Positions 35,122-45,671 of a DNA stretch of 64,000 bases are shown in pieces. This stretch comes from Macrostomum lignano (taxonomy: Eukaryota), in assembly GCA_002269645.1 (NCBI GenBank), contig NIVC01002452.1:59625-123624 (forward strand), given 5' to 3'. Numbering within the stretch: position 1 is the stretch's first letter; each line of letters starts with the position of its first letter. The notes under the pieces are model-generated. The model saw nothing but the letters and a program-made list of their open reading frames with translations, was not told where the DNA came from and did no database searches. Position numbers and translations under genes: made by a program.

Positions 35122-35782
35122 GGCAGTGCTTATCCCCACGGTACCGTAGGAATAATTTCTGTCTTATTCCAACGGTACCGTGGGGATAATTTTCTGCTTA
35201 TCCGCACGGCACACTGACGAGATAGCTGCCTATCTTCTACATATGCCGTGGGTTCATAATTTAGTTTAGTACTTACGGTTTGAGTGCAATATAACAACAT
35301 AACTTTGCTTGGCTATTATTTTGATAGAAGTAAAGATTTAATGGCCTTTTTACGCAAAAAAACACTTTTTTGTATTTATGACGTATGATTTAAGATGAAT
35401 TGCTCTAGTAATTGTTTACAATTTAGGAACTTTTAGCAACTAGTCTAATCCCGACATCCCCGAAAAGTCCATTGCCGCTGCTTCTGTAGACTTCTTACTA
35501 GACATGTAAATTCTCAATTTGTCTGTACAGATTATTGCATTGCTTCAACAATTCACCCGTGCGGATAAGCAGAAAATTATTCCCACGGCATATGTAGAAG
35601 ATGGGGCAGCTATCTCGTCAATGTGCCGTGCGGATAAGCAGAAAATTATTCCCACGGCATATGTAGAAGATGGGGCAGCTATCTCGTCAATGTGCCGTGC
35701 GGATAAGCAGAAAATTATCCCCACGGTACCGTTGGAATAAGACAGAAATTATTCCTACGGTACCGTGGGGATAAGCACTGCC
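35122..35782. mobile_element. Non-autonomous Mutator/Foldback-type element, 661 bp, ~130-bp terminal inverted repeats, 9-bp target-site duplication
   Basis: Termini GGCAGTGCTTATCCCCACGGTACCG... / ...CGGTACCGTGGGGATAAGCACTGCC. ATAATATAT at both 35113-35121 and 35783-35791. Confidence 0.8.
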
Positions 35783-37484
35783 ATAATATATATAAATAGC
35801 AATTATATTTAAATGTTTGGCCTAAAAGGCAAATAGAGCAAAAGGGGGTTAGACATACGTTACACTGAGTATATTCTGGGGACTTCTTGAACTTTAGATA
35901 TGTAAAATACTTCCAATTTTCCAATTTTTCTCAAACTTCATTAGAGTCCTAGAGGCATCCTCTATATAATTAATGATAATTTTATGCAAATTTCAAAAAA
36001 ATGTATATTTGAAAATTAAACTTTTTAGAATCATGACTTTCAAATATAAATGGCAAAATCCAAAAATCAGGGGCAAGTTTTATGAAAATTCGTTTTTTGG
36101 CAATTTGAACGCAATAAAGCTATAAAATAAATTTATTCAAGTTTTTTAAAGGTAAAAAAAGTCTATAAAAGTACAAATTATTAATATATAGCTTTATTTT
36201 TAATAAAATAATTTGTTAAAATAGTAAGTTTAATTACAACCTAAAATGACTCTAATGAAAATGATAGAAAAGCTATAATAATATATTTCATTAACTTTAA
36301 CTATCTTATAATGTTACACTATATTTCTACAACATATTTAACATTATTTTTAAGGGTTTATTTGTTTATCACTTTCGTTACTCTTGACAACGTGTATTTT
36401 GTAAAGTTCATTTGCAATAAATTGTATTCAACATAAGTTTATTATTTAAACAGAAATTCCCATAAGGATCAGAAAATTGCATTTTACTCAGCTTCTACCA
36501 AAGCAATTTGGAAAATTCTTTTTTCCTGCATACATGCCGCAGTGATATATGTTTTAGTGTAATTTCATTGTTTTTCATCGCTTAATAAGCATATAGTAAG
36601 CATCTGATTTGGAAGTGGGGTAACACATTAGAATTCCCATAAGGATTGTAAAATTGCATTTTACTCAGCTTCTATTAAAGCAATTTGGAAAATTCTTTTT
36701 TCCTGCATACACGCCGTAGTGATATATGTTTTAGTGTAATTTCATTGTTTTTCGTCACTTAATAAGCAAATAGGAAACACATTTGTAAAAGAACATTTAG
36801 AGGGTTAGAATTTTAACTTTAATAAAAAGAGTGTCTATTTTAATTTTTCTTCACTTAGTTTATTATAGTATAGTAAAAGTGTCATTCTATCATGGTTGTC
36901 ACTAGCCATACATTCTTTACGTTTAACTATACCTATTTCTACTAATCTATGTTGTCTTCTCCATTTTAAAGGTAAGTATAGCTGCTAATATTAATTGCAT
37001 GTAGTTTTGATAGAATTATAGGTTTTTTTTTCCATAGAATGGAAGTGTTTGATAACTTGCTCAATTTTTAATTTAATTAAGCTTTTTTACAATCCCCTTT
37101 TGGACCCCCTTAACCTTCAAATTTATCTACCTAATCTTCAATAAGTCTCCATGCCTCTATTGAAGTTTAGGTATGTAAAATCATTCTCTATGATTATTCT
37201 CCCCACCCTAAAACCCCCCATTCCCCATGCCCCAGTGGTTGGCTTTAAGCTGCAAAAGAATAAAGTTCAAATTTGAAATTTGCACCATCATACATGCGCA
37301 ACTGCTGGCCGACCTGGCCGATCCGGCCACCGTAAATCGTGGCTGACAGGGGTAAGTCGCAAAATTGAGTCAACCAAAAACAGAAAAACACAAGAACCAA
37401 GAAAGGCAAGAGGAAAGCGAAAGAAAGAGCAGTTCAGGGAAAATGGTGAAGCAAAAGAAAAACAATTCGCAAAAGAAGCAAACT

Positions 37485-37965
37485 AAGTTGTAAAAATAAT
37501 CAGGTAAGTCGCAAAAAGGATCAGGTAAGTCGCAAAAGAAGCAAACTAAGTCGCAAAAAGGATCAGGTAAGTCACAAAAGAAGCAAACTAAGTCGCAAAA
37601 AGGATCAGGTAAGTCACAAAAGAAGCAAACTAAGTCGCAAAAAGAATCAGGTAAGTCGCAAAAGGGTTAGGTAAGTCGCAAAAAGGATTAGGTAAGTCCC
37701 AAAAAGGATCAGGTAAGTCGCAAAAAGAATCAGCTAAGTCGCAAAAGGATCAGCTAAGTCGCAAAAGGATTAGGTAAGTCGCAAAAGGGTTAGGTAAGTC
37801 GCAAAAGGATTAGGTAAGTCGCAAAAGGGTTAGGTAAGTCGCAAAAAGGATTAGGTAAGTCGCAAAAAGGATTAGGTAAGTCGCAAAAAGGATTAGGTAA
37901 GTCGCAAAAAGGATTAGGTAAGTCGCAAAAAGGATTAGGTAAGTCGCAAAAAGAAGCAACTAAGT
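37485..37965. repeat. ~21-bp TAAGTCGCAAAAAGGATTAGG tandem array
   Basis: More than 20 copies of the TAAGTCGCA core. Confidence 0.92.
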
Positions 37966-38774
37966 CGCAATAAGAGGGAAGTAAGTCACAATCAGAGGCA
38001 ATCAGGGGGTAGTAGGTGCAAGTGTGGCAGGAGAGCAAAAACAGAAAAGAAGCCTTCAACAACAGACAAGATCTTTGAAATCAGAAGCCCACGTCAACAG
38101 TTTCCCATTGATTTCTTAAACTCTGGAGCAGGGGTTGGCAAACTCCGGCTCGCGAAGCCCCTCTATCTGGCCCTCGCCCCTCGGGTTCTTTGAAACTTCC
38201 TAACTACGCTTGAATGTGCTTGGTGTCATTTGAAAGTGGCAAGTCTCTTCTTTAAGATGACACCAATTACAAGAGATTTGGATCTGTGCTTCAAGAGATA
38301 TGGACGATTAAGTAGAGAAAGGTCGGTCATAGACTTGCAGAGCCTCAGGGATGTCAACAGAAAACTTTTACGATTTTATCGATTTTTTCGTAATCATGGG
38401 CTGTCTATGGCCAAATGTGATGCAGTGAACGAGAGGGGCTGTCTCATAAAACTACGAGACTTGTAAAACTGCTTCTGCTGCGCCTGCAAAGTTTATTGAC
38501 ATTCAATTTTCAATTGTGAACTGCAAATGGATGTGCATTCAAAGACTGGGCAGCGACATGCCATATTTACACTTTGGAGCTCCGGAACCAAATTGGCTGA
38601 CATCCACAGGCAACTTTGCACAGCTCATGGCGACCATGCTGTCAGCAAGATGATAAGCCTGCCAACCGATGAATGATTTTAATGTTGTTCGCTTGTGTGA
38701 TAATTTGCTTGTTATCTGTTTCACCTGCTTCTGTACTGTACTGTTGTGTTTTTTGTTTTTTTCTGGAGTAATTA

Positions 38775-39005
38775 CGCTCGTGATAAAAGTTTTCTGTTGA
38801 CATTTTTGAGGTTCTGTAAGTCTATGACTGACCTTTCTCTACTTGATCGTCCATATCTCTTGAAGCACAGATTCAAATCTCTTGCAATTGGTGTCATTTT
38901 AAAGAAGAGACTTGCCGCTTTCAAATGACACCAAGCACATGCAAGTGTGACTGTCCATACGTCCACACCAAGCAAAAGTAACACTACTTTCCGGACGCCC
39001 CTCGT
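38775..39005 (-). mobile_element. Mariner-like terminal fragment, with an inverted partial copy at ~38213-38385
   Basis: Minus strand starts TACGAGGGGCGTCCGGAAAG. The ORF track shows near-identical peptides (SLFFKMTPI.RDL.LCFKRYGR) on opposite strands at 38230 and 38772. Confidence 0.65.
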
Positions 39006-39024
39006 AGCAAGGTTGGTGTCTCTT

Positions 39025-39690
39025 CAACTCTCATCTCTCTCTTCTCTACCTTGCCTCCCCTCTTCTCTCTCTCCCCCTTTTCCCTCTTCTCTCTCCTCTC
39101 ATTTTTACTCTCCTCTCTTCTCCCCCTTTCTCTCTACCCTTTCTCCTCAATGCCCTCTTCTCTCCTCTTATCTTCAGCAAAAATATGTGCATATTTTCTT
39201 ACTTCAAAGTAGAGGGAATAGAAGATTAAAGATAATCAAACAGAGGAGAGGCGAGCGATGCGATGGGAGAAAAGATAGAAGAGGAGAGAAAAGCTGAGGG
39301 AGGAAAAAGAGATGAGAGAGAAGAGGAGATGAGAGGAAAGAGGGAAGAAAAGATGATGGATGAGATCAGAAGAGAGGAAAGAGGAGAGAGTAGATGAGAG
39401 AAGAGAGGATAAAGAGGAGATGAGAGGAGAGTGAAGAGAGGAGAGATGAGAGAGTAGAAAAGAGAGGAGAGATAAGATGAGAGAGTAGAGTGGAGAGAGA
39501 CGAGAGGGAAGATAAGATGAGAGAGTAGAGTGGAATGGAGAGAGACGAGAGGAGAGATAAGAATGTAGAGAGGAGACAGAAGAGATAGGAGAGGAGAGGA
39601 AAGAGAGGAGAGAGGAGAGGAAAGAGAGAAGGGATAAGGGATGAGAGAGAAAAGAAAAAGAGGATGAGAAGATTGAGGAATGGAGAGAAT
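39025..39690. repeat. CT-rich then GA-rich low-complexity block
   Basis: Polypyrimidine ~39025-39170 followed by polypurine ~39240-39690. Confidence 0.9.
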
Positions 39691-40159
39691 TTGCAAAGGC
39701 CTCAAATCTTAGTTTAACATGCATTATTCCCATCTTTGCCTTTTTCCTAACTGTTAACAAGTTTTTGTTTGAGCATGACTTCAAATTTAGAATCTATGCA
39801 AAAATAGTTCCGGGAATTAGAATTCAGTGGTTTAAAAATCTGTGGGTTTTCACAGCTTGTATCTCTACTGGATTCGTATTCTGCATCTGATGAGCCATCT
39901 GAATCAGGGCTCTCATCTTCCATGCCAAATCGTCTAGCAAATCGTTCTTGAGCTATAGGTCACACTGTATTCACTTCACTTACTTCTGGACATTCATGAA
40001 TCATGACTTTTGTAGTATGCTCACTACACTGTACTGACAATTTACTAATTGCTTCATGCCGCCACTAGATGACATACTGATTAGCTGTTATAAAAACGCG
40101 GAATCTGCACGCAGCACTAATTAGCTGGCGAGGCATTTAGCTTTAAAAATATGGTCATA

Positions 40160-40251
40160 GTTACTCCTGCCGTTTACCTAAAGTTTTTGCTTGGCTCTTT
40201 CATAGGTAAGTCGCATTTTTATCGAAAACTAAGTCGCACGGCCAGCGTAAT
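40160..40251. mobile_element. Second copy of the ~94-bp AAGTCGCA mini-MITE
   Basis: GTTACTCCTGCCGTTTACC...TAAGTCGCA...AAGTCGCACGGCCAGCGTAAT; co-linear with 30079-30172. Confidence 0.55.
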
Positions 40252-43200
40252 TTCAGAAGTTGCGCATGTATGTGCACCATCAAAAACTTCTATTGAAATA
40301 AGTTTCAAAAACCTGCGGATGCTCAACGTGGGTGCCAAAGTTGTGCCCTCAAAAGCGCAATGTGACACCAAATTTTGTTGACTAAGGAGGGGTGGCAACG
40401 CAACACCAATGTCTGTTAACCAAATAACTAGGGGGGGGGGGAGAGCATTTACTTAAATTGACAATTCCTGTTCTGCAATTCACTCCCAAGACTAAGACAA
40501 TAGGACAAGGGATGAGAATATTCCTGTCAATTTTGCAGAAAAAGAAATGAAATTTAAAAACAATAAAAAAAAACAACAAAGGTACAGCAGTTAAAAAAAC
40601 AGCGCACATATTGTAACTAATAAGTATTACTTGTTACTTGTTTTTCATAATTCATAGCAGGCTAGTAGCTGGCCCAGCAGTCACTTCATCTGAGTTCAGT
40701 TCACTCAATTCTCAATGTTTGTCATTAGTGAAAAAATGTTATAATCAAAACTAGAGAACAAGAAACTGTAACTTCAAGTCTGCAATGGCAAATATTATCT
40801 TTTTACATACTATATTGTAAATAATTTAAAAGTAAGTTGAAACAAAAAAGAAGAGGATAAAACAAAAAATTACAAGAAGCTTATCTCTTGACTTAATGAC
40901 ACTTACATTAACAAAAACCCAGAAAATGAAGACCTGGATACAGTTTCTGACTGTATGTTCATTAATTGTGGTGACTGACAACTGCAATAGTGTTGTAACA
41001 CTACCAAACAAAACCATGGACTCCGCGATGGCAATGTGACACACCCACTGAAAACTCCATTGCGACGCGACACGGAAAAATTTTGTAAATGTGACAGACA
41101 CGTGTCTACAATTTGTCAGCTTATTCCAATGGAAAAAACTTCTATAGAGACAAAAGTATGAGCCTATCAAAACTGAAACTATTTTATCTACCCAAAGTTC
41201 AAGAAGTCCAAAAGTTATACTTGGTTAAACTTTACATATCTTCTAAATATATTAAATCTCTAAGGTTTGTATGCTTGATTGATTGAATGAATGAATGTCC
41301 ATAATCTAAATATACTAAATCTCTAAGGTTTGTTTCTATGTTAGTCCATAATTGTCAAGCTTTATATTAAATTTATAAAATAAAGCCAAAATAGGAAAAA
41401 CATATGCTTCTAGAAAATTAAAAACCATTGCAAATTAAAGGAATATAACAAAAGGTAGTAATTGCAATGGAATATAAACATATTTGACTACAAAAAACTG
41501 AAAAAATTTCTAGCCCTATAGAAAGCTAGTAAAATTTTGTTTTTGAGTTTTTGTCCTTTGAAAAAACATTGATAGAACTTTTGAATGATGCTTTCTATTA
41601 TACTAGCCATATAGTTTCCAATGTAGAAAACTGTTTGTTCATCTGTATTCCCATATTTACATAATATTGATTCAAAGTTAGAGCCAAAATACACGTTAAA
41701 GTTCTATTTAAAATAGAAAATATTATCCAATTTTTTTCTAATACGCATCAATGTTTTTTCTTCTGTTGCATTATCCAAAATGGTATACAAACAGGACAAA
41801 ACAATGATCTTATTGCCAGCTCTTCCCACAACTCCAATAATAGCACCAATGTTTTGGATAAATGGCAGGAGTAACTGTTACCATTGTTTTATAAGAAAGT
41901 GATTTTATCATCTTATTAGTCAAGTTGATTTTGATTTTACTATTAAGTTTCATTGCATTGGACATTATATATGTATATAAGCATGCATGTACATAAATAC
42001 ACTAGATATTGGATATATAAATATTATTTACTTTTTGATCAAAAAGGTTAACATAATGTTTAGGTAAATGGCAAGAATAATTATAATGGTATTATAAGGA
42101 CTAAATGCCTTTTCAGCTAATTGGCTAATTAGTATTATTGTGTTAGGCTGTCTGATCAAATTAAGAGAACTCTTAGCGGAAAAGCGCAAGTTTGCTTTAG
42201 TCCACTGGCTAGACTAAGCTTTGGTTCTGAGTAGAGGTTGCATCAAGAAGTGTTGACAGTCTGTCCCTAAACTTTCCAAACACTGTTCCCAAGTCCAGTA
42301 CAATTCCAAAATAAGAGAGAGATAAAAGAGAAAGTGAGAGTGACCAAGGTGAGGTAGATTATATTTAAAGTAATAAAAACTGGATTCATTAAAATTATCA
42401 ATCAGAAAAAAATTTTATTGTATAAACCATTATAAATATACACACAATAAGTACACAATAAAATAGTCTATTCGGAAGCCACACCAAATGCAAAATACAG
42501 AGAAAATAAGAATTAATATAAGCTATGACTATTGTCTATTTTTAGATACATAAATCTAACACATTTTATGCCTAGCATTTTCTCTTGCTCTTTTCTATTC
42601 CATCTTCTATGTATAGTACAATATCACAATATGTATTTAATGTATATCAATGTATCATTAAATAGCAATAATTACAATTGTGTGACCCATGAATATATCT
42701 TTGTATTCTAATATATGCAAAATACACAATATATTAATGAACCCTTTTATAGCCTTTTGAAGTTTTGCAAAATGTATGAAAATAAAATGAAATGAAATGA
42801 AAACAATCTAACAAATGCAAATATTTTTTTAAGTGTAATAATATCATTAATTCATAAGACAATGTCTTTTTTCTATGGGCATTTTTGTGACCTACCTTGA
42901 CTAGGCGCTTTAATAGCTATCTAGATTGGCTAGGTCAACCAGATATAGCCTATGTACTTATATGATTATCCATATATTTTAATGTTGGTTTAACATTCAT
43001 TGGTCTACATTTATAACTGCTTTGATAGCAGTTTATATCTAGATGAATTCATTTAACTATCAATTAGCACTACTAACAAATAAATTAATAAGTTGTGAGG
43101 AAGACAAGTTGTTGACTGAAATATTTGTATTTGCTATTATTTTGCATTCAAATCTATTCTATCAAATATTCAAATCAAATCAAATTGGTTGAAATATTTT

Positions 43201-44619
43201 TGTCCTATTTTTTTTTACTATATCTCTATTTGTCTCTAACAATGTTCATTTTTTAAATGCATTATTCATTAAAACAATTTGTTTTCAATTCTCATTGAGA
43301 ATATATTGCATTGGTTATACAATTCAGTTTTTACTAAAAGTATAATCAAGTTTTGCAAATGACCTAAAAACAATAAATTAATTTTGTTTGAATCAATATT
43401 ATTCGAAAGGTAAATAAATGGTTTTCAAATTTATAATTTACCCTTGGTCTAAGTATTTTTATGTATATTTATATATTACAATAATTTATCCAACTATTTC
43501 TTTTTGAAACTTGCACTATTCAATTATTAATTCTTGCAAATTGGTATAGTTCTCTTGACTAAAAAGAGAATTGCTCTATTTTAAAGAGATCAAAGGTTAA
43601 AAAAGCTTCATGCTTGGGTGCAACCTTGCTTGGCCATTTTCACTTGGTCATTTCTTTTGGCAACACATACATGTAAGTCGCTATTGGACAGAATAGTAGT
43701 CATGTGACTATTCTCAGCCAAAAGCAACTTACATATGTGTGTTACGAATAGAAACAGCTAGGTAATTTCCAAAGTTGTGCATATATGAAAAGCTTAGATT
43801 TTTAGCCTTATTTTTAAAGGTCAGATTTTCTTGGCTGGCTGAGATTTTTATTGATTGCCAAAAATGTGTTGCATCATAACCTATATGTTACTATGCAAGG
43901 CAGTGAGTTGCACAATATTTCTCCAACCCATACATTTTAAATGCTTGAATTTTACCATTTTTCTAAAGATGCTAAGGCAAAAGCTTTGAATTTATATTTT
44001 CTCTTGCTGTTATAAACCTATATAGTGCATATTTTTTGAAGATCAAAGATTTCCATATACTAAAATGTTCTATATAATAACACATTGAGCCTAGCTAAAA
44101 TTGAAAATGAAATAAAATGCATTTCTAACTGAGGCTTCCCAAGTCAACAAGTAGCTACATTTTAAATTCTTAGCTCTTAGTATTTTGTTTATAATTTGCT
44201 CTTTTATTTCTATTTTAACTTCTATGCACCATTTGATCAAAAAAATCTTATTAGAAATTATTTTCAAATTTAGACAAATAGCAAAGAAATATAAACAAAA
44301 GAATTTTGTTTTACTTTTTTCTTTCTAGAAACCTTATTTAAAGTTCACACTGTTCATTGAAGATATTTAGTATAAATGATATACATAATATAAATAAAGT
44401 CTATATCACAATATACTAAATCTCTAAGATCTGTTTGTCTGTCTGACTGGTATTCCAGTCTACAGCCTGAATGCCTGAACCAATTTTTTTCAAACTTGCT
44501 TTATTCAATTGCAAATTCTTGTGAGATTGTGTGGGTGTAATTGCATTGAAAAATTTGAATGAGAAGTTTAAAAACCTAAATTTAGACAAGTATATTGAAA
44601 TGTTTCAATTTGATGTAAT

Positions 44620-44834
44620 TGTAGTGAGTTGCAAGTGTACTTGTATGCGCCAGTCGCTAGAGCGGGGTGGGGGTTGCTATTGTACAGCATGTACGTGCTT
44701 TTCACCCACCCCTGTCTCTATCTTTTATACCCAGTTATGTAACAATCGTTGTATCGTATTAACCTGCGTATCGATCTAATAAACGCCAAGAGGCTTCGTC
44801 AACTCTCAGTTGTATCTCTCTGCCTTAGTCTACA
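44620..44834 (+). repeat. 5' LTR, 215 bp
   Basis: Direct repeat of 49111-49326; contains AATAAA. Confidence 0.97.
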
Positions 44835-44836
44835 AC

Positions 44837-44847
44837 TGGTAGCAGAG
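44837..44847 (+). promoter_or_regulatory. Primer-binding site complementary to initiator tRNA-Met
   Basis: TGGTAGCAGAG, 2 nt after the 5' LTR; complementary to the 3' end (CUCUGCUACCA) of eukaryotic tRNAi-Met. Confidence 0.85.
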
Positions 44848-44861
44848 CAAATTATTCTAGA

Positions 44862-45671
44862 ATGGCTGAGAAAGGTTTGACCGCCAGTGCAGCGCTGCCC
44901 AGAGTTTTCAGTACCGGCAACTTTAAGGAATGGCTGCAGCGTTTCAATGTATGCGCAAAAGTCAACAAGTGGGACACGTGCAAAGCGGAGCGACTGGCCA
45001 CATTTTTGGATGGCGAGGCTCTCGTCGTTTATTTGGAACTGTCGGCAGGAGATCAGGCAGACTACGACAAAGTAGTCCAGGCATTGGATGATGCATTCCA
45101 CCCGAACCGCGAGCACTTCGCCGTCATGGAGGCGTTCAAATCAAGGAAGATTTTGTCGAATGAGACTCCACGCATGTATCTTTACGAGTTAAAGAAGATG
45201 CTCAAAAGCTCCTCCGTGGACAACAAAGATGCTCAAGAGGCTCTGCTGTTCCATCAGTTCGTCTGTGGCCTTCCCGAATCCGTGAGCTGGCAGATTCGCG
45301 CGGACTCCAGCGTTAAGACCTCAGAGCAAGCGCTTCAAAAGGCCCAGCTACTGATGCAGCACAGCTCGCCAAGCATCCCAGCAGCAGCGGTGCAACCTCA
45401 GTCGAGCCAATCCAGCGAAGTTCAGGAGCTGCGGGACACTGTGCAGAGTCTGCAGGCATCGGTGGGCACCCTGAGTTCCCAGCTGCAGCAGCTGGCAGCC
45501 TGTGGAGTGAGGACGAGTAGCACAACGAGACCGCAGCACCGTTCGAAGTCTGACATCATCTGCTACAACTGCCACAAGGCCGGCCACATTGCCAGAGATT
45601 GCTACAGCAGGCGACAGCCGGGAAACGCCAGAGGCTGGGGTGTGCGGGCCCGCAACCCCGGCCAGCAGTAA
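44862..45671 (+). CDS. gag: Gag with CCHC zinc knuckle
   Basis: 269-aa ORF containing CYNCHKAGHIARDC. Confidence 0.95.
   Translation: MAEKGLTASAALPRVFSTGNFKEWLQRFNVCAKVNKWDTCKAERLATFLDGEALVVYLELSAGDQADYDKVVQALDDAFHPNREHFAVMEAFKSRKILSNETPRMYLYELKKMLKSSSVDNKDAQEALLFHQFVCGLPESVSWQIRADSSVKTSEQALQKAQLLMQHSSPSIPAAAVQPQSSQSSEVQELRDTVQSLQASVGTLSSQLQQLAACGVRTSSTTRPQHRSKSDIICYNCHKAGHIARDCYSRRQPGNARGWGVRARNPGQQ

Noticed and set aside
39887-39893. CTGATGA as a hammerhead ribozyme core
   Set aside because: No GAAA after a stem II and no closing stems found.
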